This document shows, piece after piece, positions 20,593 to 29,914 of a stretch of DNA of 64,000 nucleotides. The translations under genes and the position numbers were made by a program. The number at the start of each line of letters is the position of its first letter. Within the stretch, counting starts at the first letter, position 1. Under the pieces are notes generated by a model that saw nothing but the letters and a program-made list of their open reading frames with translations, had not been told where the DNA came from and did not search any database. The stretch is from an uncultured Bacteroidales bacterium. GTDB taxonomy: Bacteria; Bacteroidota; Bacteroidia; Bacteroidales; P3. The stretch covers positions 76,171 through 140,170 of the forward strand of contig ONEY01000004.1 in assembly GCA_900316965.1 (NCBI GenBank). Reading direction: 5' to 3'.

Positions 20593-22053
20593 ATGATATC
20601 GCAGAAGCAGAAAATGAAAATGCAGCAGAAGCTGACACCACAGCAACTTATGCTTATGAGCTTACTCCAATTGCCAGTGACCAGCCTCGAGCAACGCATC
20701 AAAGAGGAAATGGAGAAAAACCCCATGCTTGAAGTGGACAGCAACCAGAACACAGAATCCGACTACAACGACACCGACAGTCGCCCCAACGACGACAGCA
20801 ACGATAACGACAGCGACTTCAAAGGCATCGACATCGACGAATACTACGACGATGACGACTATAGCTACCGCGAACGCGAGGAGCGCGACAAAAACATCGA
20901 AACCCGCAGCTATGAGCCAGGCAGCAACGAGTCGTTCACCGAGTCGCTCCTGCGACAATTGGCCATGCAAAACCTCACAGAGCACGAGCACACAATAGCC
21001 ACCGAGATTATAGGATGCATCGACGGCTCCGGCTATCTGGGTCGCGACATACAACTCATCGCAAACGATATGGCCTTCAGAAAAGGCATCGAAGTAGAGG
21101 AGGCGGAAATCGAACAAGTGCTCAAAATCATCCAATCATTCGACCCCGCAGGTGTCGGAGCTCGCAACCTGCAAGAGAACCTCAGCATACAACTCCACCG
21201 CATGCCCAGCGACAAAACCACCGAGTTGGCCATTACCATAGTAGAGAAGTATTTCACCCACCTCACCAACCGCCACTATAATGTATTGGCAAAATCGCTG
21301 AAAGTCGACGAGGCAACACTCAACGCGGCAATAAACAAGATACGCCATCTCAACCCCAAACCAGGTTGGGGACGCGAAGAGGAGAACCGGGGAGCACACT
21401 ACATCCTGCCCGACTTCATCGTCTCCAACGAAGGCGACACACTTTCATTCACACTTAACGACCGCAACACACCCCAGCTCCAAATAAGCGAAACCTACTC
21501 CGATCTTCGCAAAGAGCTCACCAGCAAAAAGAAAAACACCGAAGAAGAGCGCAAAACGCTCCAATTCATAACCAGCAAAACCGAAGCCGCCCAACAACTC
21601 ATCGAAGCCCTCGAACAGCGTCAGCAGACCCTCGCCACCATAATGTCGGCAATACTCACCTACCAGAAAGAGTACTTCCTGACAGGCGACAATCGCAACC
21701 TGCTCCCCATGAAGTTGAAGGACATCGCCGAAAAGACAGGTTATGATGAGTCAACAGTATCTCGCGTCGTCAACCAGAAATACGTACAGACAAAATATGG
21801 CACCATCCTCCTCAAAGAGCTGTTTTCAAAAGCAGTCGTAACCGAAAGCGGAGACATAAAAGCCATCAAACACATAAAAGAAACCCTCAAGCAAATCATC
21901 GACAAAGAGGACAAAAGCAACCCCCTCTCCGACGAGGCGTTGACAGCGGAGCTGAAGAGTCACGGCTACAGTATTTCACGACGCACAGTAACAAAATACC
22001 GCGAAAGCATGGGTATCCCCGTACAACGACTGAGAAAAGAGCTGCAAGCATGA
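20593..22053 (+). CDS. rpoN: RNA polymerase sigma-54 factor
   Basis: N-terminal QKLTPQQLMLMSLLQLP region I, an acidic region II, and a C-terminal RpoN-box-like ISRRTVTKYRESMGIP. Confidence 0.9.
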   Translation: MISQKQKMKMQQKLTPQQLMLMSLLQLPVTSLEQRIKEEMEKNPMLEVDSNQNTESDYNDTDSRPNDDSNDNDSDFKGIDIDEYYDDDDYSYREREERDKNIETRSYEPGSNESFTESLLRQLAMQNLTEHEHTIATEIIGCIDGSGYLGRDIQLIANDMAFRKGIEVEEAEIEQVLKIIQSFDPAGVGARNLQENLSIQLHRMPSDKTTELAITIVEKYFTHLTNRHYNVLAKSLKVDEATLNAAINKIRHLNPKPGWGREEENRGAHYILPDFIVSNEGDTLSFTLNDRNTPQLQISETYSDLRKELTSKKKNTEEERKTLQFITSKTEAAQQLIEALEQRQQTLATIMSAILTYQKEYFLTGDNRNLLPMKLKDIAEKTGYDESTVSRVVNQKYVQTKYGTILLKELFSKAVVTESGDIKAIKHIKETLKQIIDKEDKSNPLSDEALTAELKSHGYSISRRTVTKYRESMGIPVQRLRKELQA

Positions 22054-22940
22054 GGCTATTAGCAACGACCATAGCAATATTGTTCGTGATGTCGCTACCC
22101 CTAGGCGAAGCACAGGCGCAGAAAGACACCGCGTCAGGGACAAGGTTCTACAAAGAGGGCGAGATGAGAGTCAAGGAATGGGACCTTTTCTACCACGACC
22201 ACATGGACGGCTCGGCTGTGCGCCTACGCAATATGTCGCTCGACTCCCTTCCAGACGAGCTAGTGCTACGACTAATAACCGACTCGACACAATTCTGCTT
22301 TCCAATGAAAAACATCATCACCTCACCTTACGGATGGCGAGAGCGATGGCAACGTCCCCACCGAGGAGTAGATATCCTGCTGAGAACGGGCGACCCCGTA
22401 AGAGCCTGTTTCCCAGGAGTGGTACGCATAGCGCGCGTCGTGGGCGGATATGGCTATTGCGTGGTTTTGAGGCACCCCAATGGGCTCGAAACCCTCTACG
22501 GGCATATGTCCAAACTATTAGTCAAACCGCACCAGATAGTCAACGCCGGCGACATAGTAGGATTAGGCGGCAGCACAGGACATTCCACAGGCCCCCATCT
22601 ACATTTTGAAGTGCGATTCCAATACGAGCCCTTCGACCCCGAATGGATACTCGACTTTAAGACATACTCCCTGCGCACACGCAAGCTGCACCTCGACAAA
22701 ACCTACTTCGGCATAAGCCGCCCAACAGGCAGAAGACCACAAGCCTTCAAAGCCGACAAAAGCATCATCAAAGAAGTTTTTGACAAACCCAAGCAACACA
22801 AAGAAGCCTACTATACCGCCCGCAGCGGCGACACATTCCAGAAAATAGCCGAATTGTACAACATCAACGAATTCAAACTCAGAGACCTAAACCCCAGCAT
22901 AAAAAAAATCAAATCAGGCACAAAAATACGAATACGATAA
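22050..22940 (+). CDS. M23 family peptidase with a C-terminal LysM domain
   Basis: HRGVDI and GSTGHSTGPHLHFE metal-binding motifs, plus LysM-like YTARSGDTFQKIAELYNI...GTKIRI. ATGA overlap with rpoN. Confidence 0.8.
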   Translation: MRLLATTIAILFVMSLPLGEAQAQKDTASGTRFYKEGEMRVKEWDLFYHDHMDGSAVRLRNMSLDSLPDELVLRLITDSTQFCFPMKNIITSPYGWRERWQRPHRGVDILLRTGDPVRACFPGVVRIARVVGGYGYCVVLRHPNGLETLYGHMSKLLVKPHQIVNAGDIVGLGGSTGHSTGPHLHFEVRFQYEPFDPEWILDFKTYSLRTRKLHLDKTYFGISRPTGRRPQAFKADKSIIKEVFDKPKQHKEAYYTARSGDTFQKIAELYNINEFKLRDLNPSIKKIKSGTKIRIR

Positions 22941-23001
22941 AGTGCGGAGAGATATGACAAAATCGACTTTAACGCGATAATCTCAAATAAAAACATATAC
23001 A

Positions 23002-23502
23002 ATGAAGAAAACCAATCTTTCCGAATACGACCCCACACAGGTACCCTCGGGAAAAGACTACACAATTGGTATAGCCGTTGCCGAATGGAACAGCGAAATA
23101 ACCCACGCCCTAGCACAAGGAGCCCTGGAGACATTGCGACAATACGATGTTAAAGAAGATAACATCAAACTGTACCACGTACCCGGAAGTTTTGAATTGA
23201 CAACAGCCGCCGACCTCATGCTCACCAACGACAAGAAGATGGACGCCGTCATCTGCATAGGATGTGTGATACAAGGCGAGACGCGCCATTTTGACTTCAT
23301 CTGCGAAGCTGTGTCGCAGGGAGTGACAAATGTGTCGATAAAACACGGCAAACCAGTAATCTTTAGTTTGTTGACGACCAACGATATGCAGCAAGCCAAA
23401 GATAGAGCTGGTGGCAAGCACGGCAACAAAGGCGTTGAAGGCGCCGTCACCGCATTGAAGATGGTGGCATTCCAAAAGCAGCTTGAGAGCCAGAAGAGCT
23501 GA
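23002..23502 (+). CDS. ribH: 6,7-dimethyl-8-ribityllumazine synthase
   Basis: 166 aa with IAVAEWNSEITHAL...VPGSFELT...ICIGCVIQGETRHFDFI. Confidence 0.9.
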   Translation: MKKTNLSEYDPTQVPSGKDYTIGIAVAEWNSEITHALAQGALETLRQYDVKEDNIKLYHVPGSFELTTAADLMLTNDKKMDAVICIGCVIQGETRHFDFICEAVSQGVTNVSIKHGKPVIFSLLTTNDMQQAKDRAGGKHGNKGVEGAVTALKMVAFQKQLESQKS

Positions 23503-23633
23503 GACAACCTGTAACCTAGTAGCAACGCCAAAGTCGTCACACCACAGTCGACGACACACAATCGCAGCAGAGACAAGAGCCATTAGCGCGAGAGCGTCAA
23601 ACCAACAAAGCGAAAGAGACAAAAATAAAAAGA

Positions 23634-24584
23634 ATGAGCCAGAGAATAGTATTTATGGGGACCCCGGACTTTGCGGTCACCATACTGCAAGCGCTGATAG
23701 AGGCGAAACTAGATGTCGCCGCAGTAGTCACCGTACCCGACCGCCAGTCGGGACGAGGGTTGAAAGTGACCCCCTCGCCAGTTAAAATATATGCACAAGA
23801 GCAGGGATTGCCAATACTGCAGCCAGAGAAACTTCGCGACGAGACATTCCTAGGACAACTGAGAGCGATCAACGCCGACCTCTTCATAGTAGTAGCATTC
23901 AGAATGCTACCCCAAGTGGTGTGGGCGATGCCAAGACTGGGCACCTTCAACCTCCACGCCTCACTATTGCCCCAGTATCGAGGGGCCGCACCCATAAACT
24001 GGGCCATCATCAATGGAGAGAAAGAGACAGGCGTAACCACATTCATGCTCAACGAGCGCATAGACGAAGGCAGCATAATAATGCAGCGCAGCATAGCCAT
24101 AGGCGAAGAAGACAACGCCGAGACAGTACACGACCGGTTGGCCGAGATTGGAGCCGAGCTCACAGTAGAGACAGCGCGAGCCATATTAGCAGGGAGCGCC
24201 AAGACACAACCCCAGCGAGAGAGCGCCGAGCTGAAACCCGCGCCCAAAATATTCAAGCAAGACTGTGTGATAGATTGGAGCAAAGATGGCAAAGAGATAC
24301 ACAACTTTATAAGAGGGCTCTCCCCCTACCCTGCCGCCACAACGACATTCACCAATGGCAAAGGCGAAAGTATAGGAATGAAAATATTCGATACGCGCTT
24401 TGAGGGAAAAGAGCATAAAAAGCCCGTTGGAAGTATAGAAAGCGACAACAAAAAAAGTCTGAAAATCTTAGTAAAAGGCGGATTTATTGAGATTTTATCG
24501 CTGCAAGTGAATGGAAAAAGAAAAATTACAATTGATGAATTTTTAAGAGGTTACAATATAACAGACTGGAGATTAGATATTTAA
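23634..24584 (+). CDS. fmt: Methionyl-tRNA formyltransferase
   Basis: IVFMGTPDFAV N-terminus and the HASLLPQYRGAAPINWAI motif. Confidence 0.9.
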   Translation: MSQRIVFMGTPDFAVTILQALIEAKLDVAAVVTVPDRQSGRGLKVTPSPVKIYAQEQGLPILQPEKLRDETFLGQLRAINADLFIVVAFRMLPQVVWAMPRLGTFNLHASLLPQYRGAAPINWAIINGEKETGVTTFMLNERIDEGSIIMQRSIAIGEEDNAETVHDRLAEIGAELTVETARAILAGSAKTQPQRESAELKPAPKIFKQDCVIDWSKDGKEIHNFIRGLSPYPAATTTFTNGKGESIGMKIFDTRFEGKEHKKPVGSIESDNKKSLKILVKGGFIEILSLQVNGKRKITIDEFLRGYNITDWRLDI

Positions 24585-24647
24585 TTTTATTTTAAATATT
24601 TTTTTCAAAAAAAACTTAAAAAAAACTTTTTTTTCAAAAAAAATATC

Positions 24648-24655
24648 TATATTTG
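24648..24655 (+). promoter_or_regulatory. -7 box TATATTTG upstream of hup
   Basis: TAnnTTTG match about 40 nt upstream of the ATG, preceded by long phased A/T tracts. Confidence 0.4.
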
Positions 24656-24696
24656 CAGCGTCAAAAAAAGATTGTTTAACCCTCAAATTCATCAAC

Positions 24697-24957
24697 ATGA
24701 ACAAAACTGAATTAATCGCTGCCATAGCCGCCAAGGCCGAGATGACCAAGGTTGATGCAGCTAAAGCTTTCAACGCTCTTCTTGCAGTCACTAAAGAAGA
24801 AATGAAAAAGAAAGACGGCAAAATCTCCATCATTGGTTTTGGTACTTTCTCAAAACAGCACAGAGCAAAACGTAATGGCAAGAACCCGCAGACCGGCAAG
24901 AAGATTGTCATCCCTGCAAAGGATGTCATGAAATTCAAAGTCAGCAAGGCTTTCTAA
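24697..24957 (+). CDS. hup: HU family DNA-binding protein
   Basis: 86 aa: MNKTELIAAIA...GFGTF...RNGKNPQTGKKIVIPA. Confidence 0.9.
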   Translation: MNKTELIAAIAAKAEMTKVDAAKAFNALLAVTKEEMKKKDGKISIIGFGTFSKQHRAKRNGKNPQTGKKIVIPAKDVMKFKVSKAF

Positions 24958-24979
24958 TTTGACTCTTGCATGCCCAAAA

Positions 24980-25013
24980 GAAAGCATCCTGTTCGGGATG
25001 CTTTCTTTTTTTT
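24980..25013 (+). terminator. Rho-independent terminator after hup
   Basis: gaaagcatcc-loop-ggatgctttc followed by a T8 run. Confidence 0.8.
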
Positions 25014-25109
25014 ATCAACGATAGGTACCAAAAATAATAACCCCGAGCGAAAAGAGCTGGGGGAATCAAGACAAAAAAGGAGAGCGACATCCTAAGTCAA
25101 CTATGGCGG

Positions 25110-25241
25110 CCATCAATCCAAGTCAAGAGTTCCATCACTACGATTCAAGAGAGTCATCACTACGAGATGATGTAGTCATCACTCAGCGGCTAAGAAGCCA
25201 TAACACCAGAATGAGGGAGATATCACTCAGGGTCGAAGAAG
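25110..25241. repeat. Degenerate tandem array, 22-bp unit x6
   Basis: Units start at 25110, 25132, 25154, 25176, 25198 and 25220 and share yCATCACT-like heads. The last unit encodes the helicase C-terminus. Confidence 0.7.
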
Positions 25242-26656
25242 CGATCCTCGAAGTTGAGGAGATAGACTTTGTGAGAGGCGCGAGTCAGAGCGGTATAGAT
25301 CCAACGGAGGTAGTCGCGGTCAATCATATCGTCGGACAGATAGCCCTGCTCGACGAAGACCACCGGCCATTGACCGCCCTGAGTTTTGTGGCAAGTTAGC
25401 GAATAGGCGAATTTGACCTGCAAAGCGTTAAAGTACTCATTGTTGCGGACAGCATTGAGCTGTTCAGCGCGAGTAGGCAAATCGACATAATCGGCCAAGA
25501 CCGCGTTGAAGAGTCGCAGCGACTCGTCGCGAGTCAGCGAAGGAGACTCAGAATGTATAGTTTCGAGCAATAGTTTGCAATCCACATCAGGCATATCAGG
25601 ATAGTCGACGAACCGGAGCGACACATCGACGAAATGGAAACCGTAGAGTTCCTCATAATGGCGGGCAGAGAGGACCTCGACGATGTCGCCGTTGGCGATA
25701 AAGCCCATATCAGAGTTCTCGTCGAGCCAATGGTAATTGTTTTTCACCACCATCAAGAAGTCGCCAGTTCCCACCTCGTCGTCGCGGAAAAGGATGCGGT
25801 TGCGTATAGCCTGGTTGTAGAGGTTAGCCCTTTTGTTGCTGCGGCAGATCACGGCGACGCCCTCCTGACCGAAATTGCCATACTCGACGTTGAGAGCCTC
25901 CTCGAGGTCGGCGCCATGGAGGCGGCACACATCCCCTTTGGGGTGGATATTGAAAAGAGGGAGAGGTATGTCGTCAGCGTTGTCGAAGGCCGCAATTTTG
26001 TGACGGATAGCGGTAGCATTGGAGAGGATGCCCGAATCGGAGAGTTGTCTGACCACCTCGACAAGTTCGGCAGAGTGGACATTGAGGTCGGCAAAGTTGT
26101 GAAGGAAGTCGGGAGAGAGCGCCGGGCTTTCGGAGGAGCCCACCGGAGGGAGCTGAGCGCCATCGCCGATAAGCATAAGACGGCAATGAGAGCCGTCGTA
26201 GACAAAATCTATCAAATCCTCGAGGAGAGAATGTCTGCCGACATATCCGCCATCTTCGGGGACAGCGCTAATCATCGAAGCCTCGTCGACAATAAAAAGA
26301 GTATAGGAGTATTTGTTTTGAGCTCGTACAGAGCGCATGATGCCGGAAGAATCGGTTACAGAGATGTAAATTTTTTTGTGAATGGTATAAGCCTTGCGGC
26401 CAGAGAAGCCCGACAGCACTTTAGCCGCGCGGCCAGTGGGAGCCAGCAAGACAGTACGAATTTTGAGTTTAGGAGCCGTTTTGATTAGCGCCGACACGAG
26501 AGAAGTCTTACCGGTACCCGCGTAGCCTTTAAGGATGAAAGCCGACGAAGGGTCGTTGTCGAATAGGAAGCGCACCATCTCGTCGCACGCAGCCCTTTGG
26601 CCCTCGGTAGGGACATGAGGGAGATTAGAGAGGATAATATCGGCTACAGAAGGCAT
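25223..26656 (-). CDS. RecD/Pif1-like superfamily 1 DNA helicase
   Basis: Walker A GYAGTGKTS, DEASM Walker B, and C-terminal SLTCHKTQGGQW motif. Start taken at MPSVADII (26656). Confidence 0.75.
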   Translation of the reverse strand: MPSVADIILSNLPHVPTEGQRAACDEMVRFLFDNDPSSAFILKGYAGTGKTSLVSALIKTAPKLKIRTVLLAPTGRAAKVLSGFSGRKAYTIHKKIYISVTDSSGIMRSVRAQNKYSYTLFIVDEASMISAVPEDGGYVGRHSLLEDLIDFVYDGSHCRLMLIGDGAQLPPVGSSESPALSPDFLHNFADLNVHSAELVEVVRQLSDSGILSNATAIRHKIAAFDNADDIPLPLFNIHPKGDVCRLHGADLEEALNVEYGNFGQEGVAVICRSNKRANLYNQAIRNRILFRDDEVGTGDFLMVVKNNYHWLDENSDMGFIANGDIVEVLSARHYEELYGFHFVDVSLRFVDYPDMPDVDCKLLLETIHSESPSLTRDESLRLFNAVLADYVDLPTRAEQLNAVRNNEYFNALQVKFAYSLTCHKTQGGQWPVVFVEQGYLSDDMIDRDYLRWIYTALTRASHKVYLLNFEDRFFDPE

Positions 26657-26776
26657 AAGAGGAATGAGGATAAGACAAGTTGGATAATAGAAATCAGACA
26701 GAAGATGAGATGAAAAAAAAGAGATTTGCCTAGCAGCAAACCTCAATTTTTCGCATTTAGAAGAACAGAGCCCAGC

Positions 26777-27127
26777 TTATTGAGCGTCGGGGGCAGGCTG
26801 AGACTGTTCGACGGGAGCCTGTTGAGACTGAGCGGCGTCAGCTGCAGAAGGCATAGCGACCTCTTCGGTATTGACGGCGTTTTTCTGAGTAGCAGCCTTG
26901 TTGCCCGAATGGATAGTGATAGTAGCGATAAGGCTTAATACCACCAAAGCTATAGCGAGGCCCCAGGTCATTTTTTCAAGGAAGTCAGTAGTTTTGCGGA
27001 CACCCATAATCTGGTTAGGAGCAGAGAAATTGGCTGCGAGACCGCCGCCTTTAGAGTTTTGGACCAATACAACCAAAGCCAAGAGCACGCTGACAATCAG
27101 AATGAGTATTACGATAAAATTGTACAT
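26777..27127 (-). CDS. secG: Preprotein translocase subunit SecG
   Basis: MYNFIVILILIVSVLLALVVLVQNSKGGGLAANF signature. Confidence 0.8.
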   Translation of the reverse strand: MYNFIVILILIVSVLLALVVLVQNSKGGGLAANFSAPNQIMGVRKTTDFLEKMTWGLAIALVVLSLIATITIHSGNKAATQKNAVNTEEVAMPSAADAAQSQQAPVEQSQPAPDAQ

Positions 27128-27181
27128 ATTGTTTATAATTTTTAAATTTCGTAGATAGATTAAAAGGGATAAAAAAACGAA

Positions 27182-27847
27182 TTACTTATTGTTATCCAAT
27201 TTCATTTTCAATTCAGAAATTCGAATTGCAAAAGTACTACTTTTTTCTGGATTTTTGGCAATTAATTTTCGATACACCTCCATAGCCTGAGCGAACTTGC
27301 CCTGTTTTTCGTATATAACAGCCAGAGTTTCAGTTTCTAAAGGAGACGAGTTAGAGACACTCTTTTTACCCAAATCTTCGACAGAAATGTTGCTAGGCTC
27401 GCCGAGATCCTCCTCCTTATAGTTGCCAGTTTCAAGAAATTTGGACAGGATAACACTTTTAGGAGCCGTTTTGAAGGCGACCTCCTGATAGGAGTTGATT
27501 TCCTCCATGATATCGAAAGAGTCCTGCTCGTCGGCATTAAACTCCTTGTCCTTAGCGACCTCGACCTGTTCCTTAGCTCTGATGTCGGCCGGAGTTTGGA
27601 TATCGGCGAGAGAGACCTGCTGGAGGCAGGAGAAGAACTTAGAGGAGTCGAACAAATAGAGAGAGGCCTTAGGGAGGAAACGTTCTTCCCAGTGGGAAGT
27701 ACCAGTAGCCTTGTCGGAGAGGATGTCCATAGCCTGAAGGAGAACACAATAGGGGTGGCGAGTTTTTTCCAACTGAATATCCGCCTTATCCTGTATCGTG
27801 TAAGAGCACATGTCGCGCATTTTGGCATTAAACGCTGATTTATCCAT
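27182..27847 (-). CDS. Hypothetical protein with a single C-terminal TPR-like motif
   Basis: Start taken at MDKSAF (27847). C-terminal LAVIYEKQGKFAQAMEVYRKLIAKNP. The ORF-track N-terminal extension runs through promoter-like AT-rich DNA. Confidence 0.5.
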   Translation of the reverse strand: MDKSAFNAKMRDMCSYTIQDKADIQLEKTRHPYCVLLQAMDILSDKATGTSHWEERFLPKASLYLFDSSKFFSCLQQVSLADIQTPADIRAKEQVEVAKDKEFNADEQDSFDIMEEINSYQEVAFKTAPKSVILSKFLETGNYKEEDLGEPSNISVEDLGKKSVSNSSPLETETLAVIYEKQGKFAQAMEVYRKLIAKNPEKSSTFAIRISELKMKLDNNK

Positions 27848-28013
27848 CTTTTCGGTAAAATTACAAGATTTTTTGAAAATGCAAATGTACATCTTTTTTC
27901 CGAAATGGGAAATGGAGTAGAAAATAATATTTTTATAAACCTGAGATACAACATATTGCAGAAGAAAAAAAGATTTTATAAACATTTTTTGTTCGTAATA
28001 TAGAAAAAATGTG

Positions 28014-28021
28014 TACTTTTG
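28014..28021 (+). promoter_or_regulatory. -7 box TACTTTTG upstream of rpmH
   Basis: TAnnTTTG match about 22 nt upstream of the rpmH ATG. Confidence 0.4.
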
Positions 28022-28042
28022 CACTTCCAAATTTGAGTAAAA

Positions 28043-28189
28043 ATGAAGAGAACATTTCAACCATCACGCAGAAAAAGAGCAAATAAGCACGGATTTCGTC
28101 AGAGAATGTCGACGGCAAATGGCCGAAAAGTTCTGGCCGCACGCCGCAGAAAAGGCAGAAAGAAACTAACCGTTTCAGACGAACGCTAG
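28043..28189 (+). CDS. rpmH: 50S ribosomal protein L34
   Basis: Not in the ORF track (48 aa). My translation is [48 protein letters not shown], the canonical L34 sequence. Confidence 0.9.
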   Translation: MKRTFQPSRRKRANKHGFRQRMSTANGRKVLAARRRKGRKKLTVSDER

Positions 28190-28235
28190 TGCAGACAGCC
28201 CTCCAAGGGAGGGTGTCGATTTGCCACAGAGTACG

Positions 28236-28266
28236 AGAAGTATTGACGCCAATACTTCTTTTTTTG
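28236..28266 (+). terminator. Rho-independent terminator after rpmH
   Basis: Perfect 10-bp stem agaagtattg-acgc-caatacttct followed by a T-run. Confidence 0.8.
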
Positions 28267-28340
28267 TATACAGACCACTGTTGAGAGACAGAGAGCGGTC
28301 AAGAGAAAGGAAAAAAGTCACAAAAGAAGCAGACGAGGCC

Positions 28341-29765
28341 ATGAGCAGAAACAAGAAAAACATCATAGTTAGCGACGTAGAAGTAACCGACGCAGGAGCA
28401 GAGGGCAACGCCATAGTGCGCGTAGAAGGGATGGTGGTATTTGTCCCATACGTAGTGCCCGGGGACATCATAGACCTTAATATCTACAAGAAAAAGAAGA
28501 GTTATGCCGAAGGGCGTGCCATAGCGTTGAAGAAGGCGTCGCCACTGCGGACAGAGGCGCCCTGCGAGCATTTTGGAGTGTGCGGAGGGTGCAAATGGCA
28601 GATGATGGAGTACGGAGCGCAGCTGAGATACAAGCAGCAGCAAGTGCGAGACGCGCTAGAGAGATTGGGGCATATAGACACTAGCGGTATGCAGCCGATA
28701 TGCGGAGCCGACAGACAATACAACTATCGCAACAAGCTAGAGTTCACCTTTTCGAGCAAGAGATGGTTGGCGGCAGGAGAAGTTCGCGACCCCGAGGATC
28801 GCGGCGATGTAGGTTTTCATGTGCCGGGGGTGTTTGACAAAGTGCTGCCGATAAGAGAGTGCCACCTGCAGGGAGCACCCTCGAACGAGATACGCAACGC
28901 ACTACGCGACTATGCCATTGAGCATCAGCTGCCCTTTTACGACATAAGGAATCACACAGGATATCTACGCAACGTAGTGATACGCAACACGACAACGGGC
29001 GAGCTGATGGTGATAGTGATAGTGGCAGAAGACCGACCCGAGTGGCTAGAGCCGATGATGGAGCATATAAGAGAGAGATTTCCAGAGATAACGTCGTTGC
29101 TATACATTATAAACCAAAAGATGAACGACTCTTATTCCGACCTAGAAGTGCGCACATACTCAGGGCAAGGATACATCACCGAAGAGATGCCGCGGCCGTT
29201 TGGAGGAGAGCCGCTGAAATTCCGAATCAATCCCAAATCGTTCTACCAGACCAATTCGGCACAGGCATACAAGCTGTATTCCTATGTTGCGGAGTTTGCC
29301 GAGCTGAAGGGAGACGAGACGCTATACGACCTATACACAGGGACGGGTACGATAGGACAGTTTTTGGCCAGCAAATGTGGACGCGTGGTAGGAATAGAAT
29401 ATGTAGAGGCGGCGATAAAAGACGCGCGGTTGAACGCTAAAATAAACGGATTTGAGAACTGCACATTTTATGCGGGAGATATGGCCGAAGTGCTGACAGA
29501 AGAGTTTGTGAGAGAGAACGGGAAGCCCGACATCGTTGTCACCGACCCACCGCGAGCCGGAATGCACGACAAAGTGATAGGACAGCTGTTGAACATAAGA
29601 GCGCCGAGGATAGTATACGTGAGCTGCAATCCCGCCACACAAGCCAGAGACCTTTCGATGTTGAGCGAAGCATACAGCATAGGGAGGATACAACCTGTGG
29701 ATATGTTTCCGCACACCCACCATGTAGAGAACGTAGTAGAGCTAATATTGAGAAACAAAAAATAA
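28341..29765 (+). CDS. rlmD: 23S rRNA (uracil-C5)-methyltransferase RlmD/RumA family
   Basis: N-terminal TRAM domain, Fe-S cysteines CEHFGVCGGCKWQ, SAM-binding fold and C-terminal YVSCNPATQARD. Start taken at MSRNKK, after the rpmH terminator. Confidence 0.85.
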   Translation: MSRNKKNIIVSDVEVTDAGAEGNAIVRVEGMVVFVPYVVPGDIIDLNIYKKKKSYAEGRAIALKKASPLRTEAPCEHFGVCGGCKWQMMEYGAQLRYKQQQVRDALERLGHIDTSGMQPICGADRQYNYRNKLEFTFSSKRWLAAGEVRDPEDRGDVGFHVPGVFDKVLPIRECHLQGAPSNEIRNALRDYAIEHQLPFYDIRNHTGYLRNVVIRNTTTGELMVIVIVAEDRPEWLEPMMEHIRERFPEITSLLYIINQKMNDSYSDLEVRTYSGQGYITEEMPRPFGGEPLKFRINPKSFYQTNSAQAYKLYSYVAEFAELKGDETLYDLYTGTGTIGQFLASKCGRVVGIEYVEAAIKDARLNAKINGFENCTFYAGDMAEVLTEEFVRENGKPDIVVTDPPRAGMHDKVIGQLLNIRAPRIVYVSCNPATQARDLSMLSEAYSIGRIQPVDMFPHTHHVENVVELILRNKK

Positions 29766-29793
29766 AAAAAAACAGCCATAATAAAAAAAAATA

Positions 29794-29801
29794 CTATCTT
29801 T
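29794..29801 (+). promoter_or_regulatory. -7 box TATCTTTG upstream of the second T9SS cargo gene
   Basis: TAnnTTTG match about 115 nt upstream of the ATG at 29915. Confidence 0.35.
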
Positions 29802-29914
29802 GCATGTTGATAGATTAAGCGCACAAGAGGCGGTTTTTCTATCATATAATTGATACCCAACAGATTGAATAAAAATAAAAAAATAGTATAACAATATTAA
29901 ATCTTTGTTGAAAG

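Noticed and set aside
22941-23001. Possible FMN riboswitch before ribH, and a cobalamin riboswitch before the TonB receptor (37047-37569).
   Set aside because: The gap before ribH is only 60 nt, and I could find no B12-box or FMN-element-like conserved core in either region.
24585-24640. Alternating long T-run/A-run blocks (tttttttcaaaaaaaa, ttttttttcaaaaaaaa) upstream of hup.
   Set aside because: Probably AT-tract curvature or an UP-like element of a strong promoter. There is nothing to suggest a distinct element.
25110-25241. Possible CRISPR array (also considered for 33374-33600 and 37320-37380).
   Set aside because: The units are contiguous with no unique spacers, the repeats are short and degenerate, and there are no cas genes in the window.
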